This document shows, piece by piece, positions 1-8,724 of a stretch of DNA of 32,694 bases. Position numbers and translations under genes: made by a program. Origin of the DNA: an uncultured bacterium (GTDB taxonomy: Bacteria > Patescibacteriota > Gracilibacteria > UM-FILTER-43-11); assembly GCA_965369305.1 (NCBI GenBank), contig CBDUQG010000003.1, positions 1 to 32,694 of the forward strand, read 5' to 3'. The notes beneath the pieces are model-generated. The model was not told the origin of the DNA. It made no database searches and saw only the letters and a list, made by a program, of their open reading frames with translations. Positions within the stretch are counted from its first letter, which is position 1, and every line of letters begins with the position of its first letter.

Positions 1-1
1 C

Positions 2-1438
2 CTCATCATAGGCTCAGGGATTGCCGGTCTTGCGACCGCTTATTTTTTGAGTGAGCTGGGCGAGGTGACGGTTGTAACCAAAGGTGAAGTCCGAAATGCC
101 AATACCTACTGGGCACAAGGGGGCATAGCTGCTGTGATGACCAAAGAAGACTCCTTCGAAAATCATATGGAAGACACTATGAGCGCAGGCGCCGGTCATT
201 GTAATGAGTCAGCTGTCCGCCAAATGGTCTTTGGGGCGCCTAAAGCCATTCGTTTTTTGGAATCGCTCGGTCTAAAGCTCGAAAGCGATCCCATGCTCGA
301 GGCGGGGCATTCTCATGCTAGAGTCTGGCGCAGCTCTGATTTTACTGGGCGCGACATCCTCGAAGTTTTGATCAAAGCGGTTCAGCGCAAAAACAGTATT
401 TCTTTTCTCGAAAAAACCGAAGCTGTTGAGCTAATTGTAGACGAAGGGGAATGTAAGGGGGCCTTCATTCGAGGGGTTGATGGTGACAAGATGCAGGCTA
501 TTGCTGCCAAGCAGACCATTCTGGCCACCGGAGGGCTGGGGCAGCTTTTTGGTAAAACCACCAATACCAAGGGGTCCGGAGGAGATGGCTTAGCACTGGC
601 TGTTAATGCCGGCCTCGAACTCAAAGACATCGAATTCGTTCAGTTCCATCCAACCGCCCTGGCCCAGCCAAAAGAGGGGAGGCATTTTCTGCTTTCAGAA
701 GTCCTTAGGGGTATGGGGGCTAAAATCGTAAACAGCCGTGGTGAAGCCTTCCTTTCTAAATTCGATGAGCGGGCTGAGTTGGCTCCTCGCGATCTTGTTT
801 CCCGGGCTGTTTTTATCGAAGAAATGACCGGGCCAGTATACCTCGACATGAGACATGTTGAAGCAGGGCTCGTTAAAAAGAAATTTCCGAATATCCAAAA
901 AGCCCTCAAGGAATATGGTCTGGATTTGACTGCCGATCTTATTCCTATCACGCCAGTGGCTCACTACGCTTGCGGCGGAGTGCCTACCGATCTAAAGGGT
1001 GCAACCAAGCTGCCCGGCCTCTATGCTGTCGGGGAAGTGGCCTGCACCGGAGTTCATGGCGCCAATCGTCTGGCCAGCAACTCGCTGCTGGAATCCATTG
1101 TTTTTGCCAAGGCTATCTATGAAAGCCTGGAAAAAAGCGCTTCTATGGATGCGGAGAAAAATGTTAATATCGAGTCTCTTGAGCCGCCATCCGTCATCAT
1201 TGAAGACATCAATCAGGTGAAGGTTTATGGCAAGCGTCTCGGACAAATCATGTGGGAAAACGTCGGCATTCTCAGGACCACAGAAGGGCTGGCGAAGGCT
1301 AAGAAAGAAATCGTAACTATCCCAGCCAGGGATTACCGGGTTCAACACCGTCAGCTGGTCTGCTACAAAATCGTTGAGGCTTGCCAAGCTAGACCTGATA
1401 ACCTAGGAGCTCACTATATGACCAGGGAAATCCTCTAA
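2..1438 (+). CDS. nadB: L-aspartate oxidase (5'-truncated by window edge)
   Basis: Frame is open from base 2 (LIIGSGIAGLATA, GxGxxG FAD motif), upstream of the listed ORF start. NadB motifs WAQGGIAA, EFVQFHPT, ELAPRD, HYACGG, GEVACTGVHGANRLASNSLLE. Confidence 0.9.
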   Translation, partial: LIIGSGIAGLATAYFLSELGEVTVVTKGEVRNANTYWAQGGIAAVMTKEDSFENHMEDTMSAGAGHCNESAVRQMVFGAPKAIRFLESLGLKLESDPMLEAGHSHARVWRSSDFTGRDILEVLIKAVQRKNSISFLEKTEAVELIVDEGECKGAFIRGVDGDKMQAIAAKQTILATGGLGQLFGKTTNTKGSGGDGLALAVNAGLELKDIEFVQFHPTALAQPKEGRHFLLSEVLRGMGAKIVNSRGEAFLSKFDERAELAPRDLVSRAVFIEEMTGPVYLDMRHVEAGLVKKKFPNIQKALKEYGLDLTADLIPITPVAHYACGGVPTDLKGATKLPGLYAVGEVACTGVHGANRLASNSLLESIVFAKAIYESLEKSASMDAEKNVNIESLEPPSVIIEDINQVKVYGKRLGQIMWENVGILRTTEGLAKAKKEIVTIPARDYRVQHRQLVCYKIVEACQARPDNLGAHYMTREIL

Positions 1439-1440
1439 AT

Positions 1441-2307
1441 ATGTTCGAAACCAAGCACATCATCACACTCCTCCTTGCACTCATTCCATCGCTGATCTGG
1501 GCGTCTTTGTTCTTGAAAAAACATAAGGAAAATAAGTGGCTGGTCTTCTTCACCTTCATGGGAGGTGTTTTCGCGGCCCAGCTCATTCTTTTATATAAGG
1601 GGTATTGGGACACGACCATCAATCTCATCTTTGCTAAGGTGACCCTGGTGGATTTCCGCAGCAACCTAAGTTCCATGATCGTTAATACAGTGCTGGCGAG
1701 TTTTGCCACCTTCCTGGGGATCGGGGCGATGGAAGAGTTTGCCAAATTCTGGGTCATGAAGTTCATCAATCGTGACTTTTTCCGTTCCATAGACGATGTG
1801 ATTACTCTGGCCATCGTTAGCGCACTCGGCTTCTCTTTCTACGAGAACTTCATTTACTTCAACGGGCAGTGGAACAATCTCACGACCAATGGCTTCCTGC
1901 TTCTGGTAGCCTCACGTGTGACCATCGTGACCATGGTTCACATGCTTTGCTCCGGGGTACTGGGTTACTACTTTGGCCTGGCTCATTTTGCAGCCCCCAT
2001 TTTGCGCATGGAACACAAAGAAAAGAAACGGCATCCGGTTCTAAGTTTCTTTAATCGCGCACTCCACCTAAGAAAATCAGTGATGTATCACAATGAAATG
2101 ATGACCATCGGACTACTGCTAGCCATGTTCCTTCACGCTATGTACGACTTCGTTCTTTCATCCACGATCAGTCTAAGTAGTCTCTTTGTTTCTGGTACGG
2201 TTCTTGCTTACTTCTTCGGTGGTTACTACTTCCTGTCTTACCTCATGAAACGCAAGCAATCAAAGCTGGAGCTGGGGCTAGTCCTTAACGAAACACCTCG
2301 TGACTAA
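1441..2307 (+). CDS. PrsW-family glutamic-type intramembrane protease
   Basis: Multiple TM segments with EEFAK, GFSFYEN, HMLCSG and LHAMYD motifs typical of PrsW. Confidence 0.85.
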   Translation: MFETKHIITLLLALIPSLIWASLFLKKHKENKWLVFFTFMGGVFAAQLILLYKGYWDTTINLIFAKVTLVDFRSNLSSMIVNTVLASFATFLGIGAMEEFAKFWVMKFINRDFFRSIDDVITLAIVSALGFSFYENFIYFNGQWNNLTTNGFLLLVASRVTIVTMVHMLCSGVLGYYFGLAHFAAPILRMEHKEKKRHPVLSFFNRALHLRKSVMYHNEMMTIGLLLAMFLHAMYDFVLSSTISLSSLFVSGTVLAYFFGGYYFLSYLMKRKQSKLELGLVLNETPRD

Positions 2308-2581
2308 GCAGGCTGAAAACACCGGACCGGTAGACTTCTTGAGTCTCGAACTCGACGACAAGATCAGAATGATTGACGAGGTGCTTTCTGAGCAGGTCTA
2401 TATGGCCCTCGAAATGGATGGGGGAGGCATGGAGATCATGGACATCGAAGGAACCGACATTCTCATTCGCTACTATGGAGCCTGTGGTGGTTGTCCGATT
2501 TCCGAATCAGGCACTTTGGTGTTCATTCAAAACACGCTGCAGCAGCGCATTGATTCACGTATCGAGGTTAAGATTGTGTAG
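2300..2581 (+). CDS. NifU/Nfu-domain Fe-S carrier protein
   Basis: DGGG...YGACGGCPIS..TL motif. The GTG start overlaps the PrsW end; exact start is uncertain. Confidence 0.85.
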   Translation: MTKQAENTGPVDFLSLELDDKIRMIDEVLSEQVYMALEMDGGGMEIMDIEGTDILIRYYGACGGCPISESGTLVFIQNTLQQRIDSRIEVKIV

Positions 2582-5393
2582 AATCTTCTTCCTCTTCAAC
2601 GCTCACTTCTTCAAGTTCAATGGGAGCGGTTTCTTTTGAATCTTCAGCTTCTTCTACATCCACGTTCAGTGCACCGAAAGCAGCTGAGACTTCCTTTTCT
2701 TTGTCCTTATGATCTTTTGGCACGTCGTGATCGTGTGGTTTTTCAAGGCCAAAAGCTTCGTAGAGCTCATTTTCCTTGGCACGGTGTTCCGGTGGTAGAT
2801 GGTCAATCTTAACGATACGACGCTTGGCCACTAGAGCGGCGATTCCCATAAGTACAAGAATAGTTGCTAGTACAATCAGGATGCCATAAACAATTCTCAG
2901 GTAGCCAGGTATCGGTTCACCTACGGAGAAGTCGACGATAACACTTTCAGAGCGTACCTGGCCGGCATCTTGTTGGTGAACGGCATAAACGCTTACAGTA
3001 TGAGGTTCATCGATTTCAAGTTCGCGTGGAGCCTGGATATTAAAACCACCTTCACTGGAATCAGCGATGATGGATGAGGCTAGAACAAGGCTCTCCCAGG
3101 TGGCAAAAATCTGCACGCCGTAGGTGCTCTGGCCAGACAGTACAGGTCGACCGCTTTTTACCTGGATTGGTCCGTCAACTCCTGCAAGTGAAATACCATC
3201 AAGGCTCTGCGGACTTGGTTCAGGAACACTGATCGTGCTGTCTAGAGTCACCATGACAGGGGCGCTTGATAGACTGCTTCCGTCAGACATAAAGGCTGTT
3301 GCAACCAGCTCATAAACACCATCAGCAATAGGTTCATTTGATTCTAAGTGGAAACCAGCGGTTATTTCATCACCCGTTCCAACTTCCTTTAGATCCGTGA
3401 TTTCACCAAGGAAAGTTGGCTCGCTTAGAAAGCCGGCCAATTCCTGGGCCGCCTCTGAAACAGATTCTGGGTCAGGGGCTTCTATGTCCAGTAGGCCGGA
3501 AGCAACAGAAATGACGTCAGTTAGATTGTCATATTCTTCAACCGACTCATTGATGAAGGCGTTCAGTGTGTCAATGTCACTCTTCAGCTCAGCCACGTGG
3601 TTATTTAGGGCTTCATCCTCGACCTCATCTTGTCCCAGTAGGGTACTAAGCTCAGCAAAACCATCAATGACTGGGTTTAGCGAGCTGTAGATGGCCGGGA
3701 AGGCCACAATACCCACCTGCTCAGTGCGGCTTGGAGTAGTTCCGGAAACTTCCAGGCGGCGTAGGATCCAGTCCGGCTTAGGGTCAACGATCAGAACTTT
3801 TTCTTCGATTACCTGGCGCACGCTACAGTCACCCGAGGTAAGTGGGTTGGTATAGAATCGGTTGATTTCATCACCATCCCAGCAGCTGTCGCCATCGGTG
3901 TCAGGATTTTGAGCATTGGTTCCTAGGTAGCACTCGGTGCGGTCTGAAAGACCATCACGGTCACCATCAAGTGCATCGCTGAAGGAAGCACAGGTGTCTG
4001 GTTCTGGCTCAGTTGGAATCACCACATCAGAATTCTCCTGTGGCTCCAGCTCTGTCAAAGCTACTTCAGCCACTTCTTCATAATCTTCAGGGGCAGCGCC
4101 GTGAACAGCGCCGTCGCCCTCACCTTCACCTTCACCTTCTCCCTCACCTTCACCTTCACCTTCACCACCATCGGCAGGTTCTTCTCCTTCGCCCTCACCG
4201 CCATCTTCTTCACTTGGTTCACTCTCTTCTTCAGGAGTTTCTTCCTCAGTTGGCTCCTCTTCAGGTTCCTCCTCTGGCTCATCAGGGCTATCGGCCACAA
4301 CGGTAATAAGTTGATTGGCACTTAGGCCGCTAGTACCACTAACATTGTCATCATATTGAGCATTGATGGCTATAACCTGACCAGGGGTAGCCCACGGAGC
4401 TACAGAAATCTTACTTCCCGTAAAGGTTCCAGGACCACTTACAACATTGTAAGTCGTGGTTCCATTCGAACTGTTGCTTGGTGTTGGACAAGGAAAACAT
4501 GAGGTGATGTTCTCGCTTGGGCGGTCATTTGTATAGTTCGCCTTAGAAACAACCTGTACCTGTGAACCAGGTGTGGCAGTGATTGCTAGGGGGGTGAGCA
4601 GAACACTAGTAATTTCTGAGTCTTCTGGGGCAGGTGCCTCTTCCTCTTCCTCTGGTACTTCCTCTTCCTCTGGTACTTCCTCTTCCTCTGGTACTTCCTC
4701 TTCCTCAGGTTCCTCTTCCGGCTCTTCAGTTTCTTCTACAACTTCTTCCTCTTCTTCAGCTTCCTCTTCCACGGGCTCTTCTTCCGGCTCCTCCTCTTCG
4801 GGGGTTTCTTCTTCCTCTTCCGGTTCTTCTTCTGGTCCGCCTTCTGTAGCGCTTTCACTGGCGCTTACAGTCAGGCCAAGAGCGCTTCGGTTTTCGACAT
4901 CCTGAGCGTCATTCAGGACCTGTGAAACACTGAAGTTAAAACTAAATGATCCGGCATTATTGAACGTTGCGACGAAACTGCCGAATTCCTCCTGGGCGGT
5001 GGCAGGGGTGCCGTCAGGCAGTGGGCCCGAAGCCCCCAGGAACTTAACACTTCCGAATTCAGAAAGATCAATACAAGTATCAAAAACATCACACTGAATG
5101 CTGCTCACAGCCACCGCAGAAGTGTTGTAGGACACGTGTGTTTCAGCTCCCAAAAGACCATCCCCCTCGTTTTCTGCATCAATACAAAGGTGAAGTGTCA
5201 CCGGGCTGCCAACGCTGGCATCCAAGCTAGTTATGGCGCTGCTGCAGCCAGCCGAACTCGAAAAAAAGAAAGTCGGACTATCTGCCTTGGCTGGTATGAA
5301 GCTCAGAAAAGCCATAGCGGCGATAGCGAAAAGTCCGATCAGTCCGGCAGTCAATTTTTTAGCAGTGGAGTCCAGTGCGCTTTTGATGTTCAT
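2568..5393 (-). CDS. Large acidic membrane-anchored surface protein (signal peptide, cohesin-like/Ig-like domains, Glu/Pro and Gly-Glu linkers, TSP3-like Ca-binding repeats, C-terminal TM)
   Basis: 941-aa ORF. Hydrophobic N-terminus ending PAKA; DGDRDGLSD..E..LGTN..NPDTDGD..WDGDE repeat; TM IVYGILIVLATILVLMGIAALVA followed by KRR. Confidence 0.75.
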   Translation of the reverse strand: MNIKSALDSTAKKLTAGLIGLFAIAAMAFLSFIPAKADSPTFFFSSSAGCSSAITSLDASVGSPVTLHLCIDAENEGDGLLGAETHVSYNTSAVAVSSIQCDVFDTCIDLSEFGSVKFLGASGPLPDGTPATAQEEFGSFVATFNNAGSFSFNFSVSQVLNDAQDVENRSALGLTVSASESATEGGPEEEPEEEEETPEEEEPEEEPVEEEAEEEEEVVEETEEPEEEPEEEEVPEEEEVPEEEEVPEEEEEAPAPEDSEITSVLLTPLAITATPGSQVQVVSKANYTNDRPSENITSCFPCPTPSNSSNGTTTYNVVSGPGTFTGSKISVAPWATPGQVIAINAQYDDNVSGTSGLSANQLITVVADSPDEPEEEPEEEPTEEETPEEESEPSEEDGGEGEGEEPADGGEGEGEGEGEGEGEGEGDGAVHGAAPEDYEEVAEVALTELEPQENSDVVIPTEPEPDTCASFSDALDGDRDGLSDRTECYLGTNAQNPDTDGDSCWDGDEINRFYTNPLTSGDCSVRQVIEEKVLIVDPKPDWILRRLEVSGTTPSRTEQVGIVAFPAIYSSLNPVIDGFAELSTLLGQDEVEDEALNNHVAELKSDIDTLNAFINESVEEYDNLTDVISVASGLLDIEAPDPESVSEAAQELAGFLSEPTFLGEITDLKEVGTGDEITAGFHLESNEPIADGVYELVATAFMSDGSSLSSAPVMVTLDSTISVPEPSPQSLDGISLAGVDGPIQVKSGRPVLSGQSTYGVQIFATWESLVLASSIIADSSEGGFNIQAPRELEIDEPHTVSVYAVHQQDAGQVRSESVIVDFSVGEPIPGYLRIVYGILIVLATILVLMGIAALVAKRRIVKIDHLPPEHRAKENELYEAFGLEKPHDHDVPKDHKDKEKEVSAAFGALNVDVEEAEDSKETAPIELEEVSVEEEEDSTQS
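4117..4166. repeat. Hexamer tandem repeat (ccttca)n encoding a Gly-Glu run
   Basis: ccctcaccttcaccttcaccttc occurs at 4117-4139 and again at 4141-4163. Confidence 0.9.
4640..4706. repeat. 18-bp tandem repeat, 3 perfect copies plus a partial, encoding VPEEEE
   Basis: cttcctcttcctctggta at 4640, 4658 and 4676; partial copy from 4694. Confidence 0.92.
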
Positions 5394-5417
5394 CAGTTTG
5401 TTTTTGATTATCTATGC

Positions 5418-5446
5418 ATTATACCATTTCTGCACCTCAAAAACAA
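5418..5446 (-). promoter_or_regulatory. Sigma70-type promoter of the 941-aa surface protein gene
   Basis: Minus strand TTGTTT-17 bp-TATAAT, with an extended TG (TGgTATAAT). Confidence 0.6.
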
Positions 5447-5481
5447 GACCAATATAGGCCAGTTTACCCTTTTTAAAGGGC

Positions 5482-6786
5482 CTAATCCCTAAGCGCTTCC
5501 ATCATCCCAATACGCTTCTTGATCAGGGCTTGGGTTCCGACATCCTTACGGTAGAAGACAGGGCCCTTTACGGACTTCGCACCCTGCTCGGCCAGTTTTT
5601 CGGCCTCTTCAATGCTATCAGCGACGGCCACAAAGGCGATCGAGCGGGAGCCGAGGATATATAGACCGTCCTCACGTTGATCAACCGAAGCCAGGTAATA
5701 CTGCACACCTTCAGGCAGATTGCCGATTTCGATACGCTCATTTTTGACTGAATTTGTCGGATAACCTTCAGGCACCACGTACTTACAAACCGTGGCTTTT
5801 TTCGCGAACTTCATTTCTAGCTGATCGAGTGTTCCATCAATAACGGCCTGGCAGACATCCACAAAATCAGTTTCCAGTAGGCTTAGAGCGTTCATGGCTT
5901 CTGGGTCGCCAAAGCGACAATTGTATTCAATGAGTCTGACCCCGTTTTTGACGGCGATGAATCCACCGTACATGATCCCCTTAAATGGGCCGCCAAGTTC
6001 CTCTTTGAGAGCAGCTGCTACCTTCACAGTGATCTCATGCGCATCTTTCAAATCCGCTTCATTCAGAAAAGGAAGATTTTCAGGGTAATTGTAGCTACCC
6101 ATTCCTCCTGTGTTGGGCCCTTTATCATCTTCAAAGGCACGCTTATGATCCTGAATCGGTGGCATATCCACGACATTTTCACCATCCACAAAACTCATTA
6201 GGCTGAATTCCTGACCGATAAACTTTTCTTCAAGTACCACGTAGCCATCTGATTCAATGAACTTCTTGGCTGCTTCGACACCTTCTTCAGCGGTTTTGAA
6301 ATGATCCCCCTGAACCAACACTCCTTTTCCGCCGTGCAGGCCGTCGGCCTTCACCACAAATTCACCCAGGCTCTTTGCATATTCCAGCATGCCACCTTCT
6401 GAATCAAAAGTTCTAAATTGGGGGTTGCCAGGAATGTTGTATTTCTTTAAAAGGTCTCGGGTAAAAGCCTTCGAAGTTTCCAGTTGTCCCAGTTCCCGAG
6501 TGGGGGAGGCAGATGGAATGCCGCCCAGGGCTAGCTCATCCACCACACCAGCAGCAATGGGGGCTTCAGGTCCAATCACGGCAAAATCGACCATATTCTT
6601 CACAGCAAATTCCCGAACGGCTTTTGCATCTAAAATATCACCCACATGATAAACCGAAGCCAGTACTTCAATGCCTGGATTCACGGCACTGGCAAAAACC
6701 ATCAGCTCTTCGCACTTGGGCGACTTGGCTAGCTTGGTCGCGATGATGTGTTCACGGGCACCGTTGCCCACAAGTAGAATTCTCAT
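5482..6786 (-). CDS. purD: Phosphoribosylamine--glycine ligase
   Basis: MRILLVGNGAREH, IGPEAP, VVKADGL.GGKGV, QDHKRAFEDDKGPNTGGMG, EYNCRFGDPE. Confidence 0.97.
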   Translation of the reverse strand: MRILLVGNGAREHIIATKLAKSPKCEELMVFASAVNPGIEVLASVYHVGDILDAKAVREFAVKNMVDFAVIGPEAPIAAGVVDELALGGIPSASPTRELGQLETSKAFTRDLLKKYNIPGNPQFRTFDSEGGMLEYAKSLGEFVVKADGLHGGKGVLVQGDHFKTAEEGVEAAKKFIESDGYVVLEEKFIGQEFSLMSFVDGENVVDMPPIQDHKRAFEDDKGPNTGGMGSYNYPENLPFLNEADLKDAHEITVKVAAALKEELGGPFKGIMYGGFIAVKNGVRLIEYNCRFGDPEAMNALSLLETDFVDVCQAVIDGTLDQLEMKFAKKATVCKYVVPEGYPTNSVKNERIEIGNLPEGVQYYLASVDQREDGLYILGSRSIAFVAVADSIEEAEKLAEQGAKSVKGPVFYRKDVGTQALIKKRIGMMEALRD

Positions 6787-7133
6787 CAGTCTTTTTTCTT
6801 TATGTACTCAGTCTTAAGCATGATCGCTGTTTTACCAAACTTACATTCAACATATTCGGGATCATCACCAACTTTGATGTTTCTTGCCACTGTTCCTCGC
6901 TTGTAAACCTGATTGGTGCCTTTAAGTGGTAGATCCTTGATCAGGTGAACATCATCACCGCTATGAAGAACGGTTCCGTTTGAGTCTTTTGTCTCAACGC
7001 CCATCCCGTGCTTTCCGTTCTCGCAACTGCACTCATCCAGAATCTCATAGTGCTTACTGCAGCCTTCAGTCATACAGATTCCTTCTTCATCAGAAAGGCC
7101 GTGGCAGCTACCGGTGCATATGTAGTGCATCAT
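6786..7133 (-). CDS. PhnA/YjdM-like protein with an atypical Cys/His-rich N-terminal domain
   Basis: C-half KDSNGTVLHSGDDVHLIKDLPLKG...KRGT..RNI resembles the PhnA C-terminal domain. TGATG overlap with purD. Confidence 0.7.
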   Translation of the reverse strand: MMHYICTGSCHGLSDEEGICMTEGCSKHYEILDECSCENGKHGMGVETKDSNGTVLHSGDDVHLIKDLPLKGTNQVYKRGTVARNIKVGDDPEYVECKFGKTAIMLKTEYIKKKD

Positions 7134-7136
7134 AAT

Positions 7137-8654
7137 TTAACAATTCAGATAAAGCAGTGACATCTGATCTTCATCCGTGGCACCACCGGATGTCTGGTAG
7201 GCAAAACGTTCTTCTTCCACACGCTGTAGGACTTCTTCGGTAATATTGCCGGCGGGGTAAGGACCACCCATAGAAGACCAGCAGAAGTTCTTGATCTTCT
7301 TATTACCTTCACGGGCACAGTCTAATAGGTCTTCAATCTTTTGGTAGTAAAGCTTATCCACCCCAATCGACTTAGCAATTTGCTTAATGCTCAGGCGGTT
7401 GGCAATCAGTTCCTTGCGGGTGGGCATATCAATGCCATATACATCCGGGTTTACAATTGGCGGCGCGGCAGAGGCAAAATAAACATTCTTAGCACCCGCT
7501 TCTCGAACCATTTCTACAATTTTACGACTGGTATTCCCGCGTACGATACTGTCATCCACAAGTAGTACATTCTTGCCCTTGAATTCCAGCGGAATCGGGT
7601 TGAGTTTGTAGCGAATAGATTTTTGGCGAAGGTGCTGAGATGGCATGATGAAGGTGCGGCCAATGTAGCGATTCTTCACAAAGCCTTCGCGGAATCTCAC
7701 TTTAAGCACTTCTGACATGGCCAGGGCAATCGGGCGGCTGGTCTCCGGAATCGGAATCACCACGTCGATGTCCGGCATCTTTTTATCTTCCTTAATCTGC
7801 TTGGCCAGCTTTTGCCCCATGCGGATTCTGGTTTTGTAAACACTGATACCATCAATCAGGCTGTCCGGTCTGGCCAGATAAACAAATTCAAAAATACAAG
7901 GTGTTGGATCAGCTTTCACGCATTGCTTGGTATGCAGCTTCTGAGTTTTTTGATCAATGTAAACCGCCTCACCGGGCTGAACGTCGCGAAGGAGTTCAAA
8001 ACCCATAGTCTGAATCGCCACACTCTCAGAGGCAATCATGTATTCAGGCTTCTTGCCAGGTTGCTTATTGACCCCGATCACCAGTGGGCGAATACCATTA
8101 GGGTCACGAAAGGCCAGAAGGCCGTGGCCGGCAATCATTGCAAGAACAGCGTACCCGCCTTCAACACGCTTATAGACGCGTTTCACAGCGGAGAATATCT
8201 GATCAGGAGTGAGACTTTTTTTGCACTTTTCCTGAAGCATTTCATGGGCCAGAACGTTGAGTAGTAGCTCTGAATCCGACGTGGTGTTCAGGTGGCGCAT
8301 GTCTTTATCCACCACATCTTTTTTAACCTGGTTGTAGTTGGTCAGATTGCCATTATGCCCCAGAACAATGCCAAACGGCGCGTTCACATAAAAAGGCTGT
8401 GCCTCTTCTTCAGTGTAGCAGCCGGCGGTGGGGTAGCGCACATGGCCGATTCCCATAGTACCCTTCAGGCGAATCATGTTCTTGGTACGGAAAACATCCC
8501 GAACCAGGCCGTTACCTTTCTTGATATGAATCTGGTTGCCGTCATAGGTGGCAAGGCCAGCTGCGTCCTGACCTCGATGCTGAAGGACGATGAGTCCATC
8601 ATAGAGATCCTGAACGACGGGATGGTTGGCCAAGATGCCGAGAACTCCGCACAT
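7137..8654 (-). CDS. purF: Amidophosphoribosyltransferase
   Basis: N-terminal MCG (Ntn nucleophile), LQHRGQD, GHVRYPTAG, HNGNL, PRPP motif VDDSIVRGNTS, YGIDMP. Confidence 0.98.
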   Translation of the reverse strand: MCGVLGILANHPVVQDLYDGLIVLQHRGQDAAGLATYDGNQIHIKKGNGLVRDVFRTKNMIRLKGTMGIGHVRYPTAGCYTEEEAQPFYVNAPFGIVLGHNGNLTNYNQVKKDVVDKDMRHLNTTSDSELLLNVLAHEMLQEKCKKSLTPDQIFSAVKRVYKRVEGGYAVLAMIAGHGLLAFRDPNGIRPLVIGVNKQPGKKPEYMIASESVAIQTMGFELLRDVQPGEAVYIDQKTQKLHTKQCVKADPTPCIFEFVYLARPDSLIDGISVYKTRIRMGQKLAKQIKEDKKMPDIDVVIPIPETSRPIALAMSEVLKVRFREGFVKNRYIGRTFIMPSQHLRQKSIRYKLNPIPLEFKGKNVLLVDDSIVRGNTSRKIVEMVREAGAKNVYFASAAPPIVNPDVYGIDMPTRKELIANRLSIKQIAKSIGVDKLYYQKIEDLLDCAREGNKKIKNFCWSSMGGPYPAGNITEEVLQRVEEERFAYQTSGGATDEDQMSLLYLNC

Positions 8655-8670
8655 AGTTTGAAGGGTTATT

Positions 8671-8724
8671 TAGTTCTTGGTTACTAGCTTTTAGCTTTGG
8701 CTAAAAACAAAAAACAAAAAACTA
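8671..8724. repeat. Inverted arrays of degenerate 7-bp repeats (TAGYTTT-like) between folD and purF
   Basis: tagttct tggttac tagcttt tagcttt, then ctaaaaa caaaaaa caaaaaa cta (reverse complement tagtttt ttgtttt ttgtttt tag). Confidence 0.6.

Noticed and set aside
4640-4706. CRISPR-like array
   Set aside because: The repeats are contiguous, have no spacers, are in frame within a CDS, and no cas genes are present.
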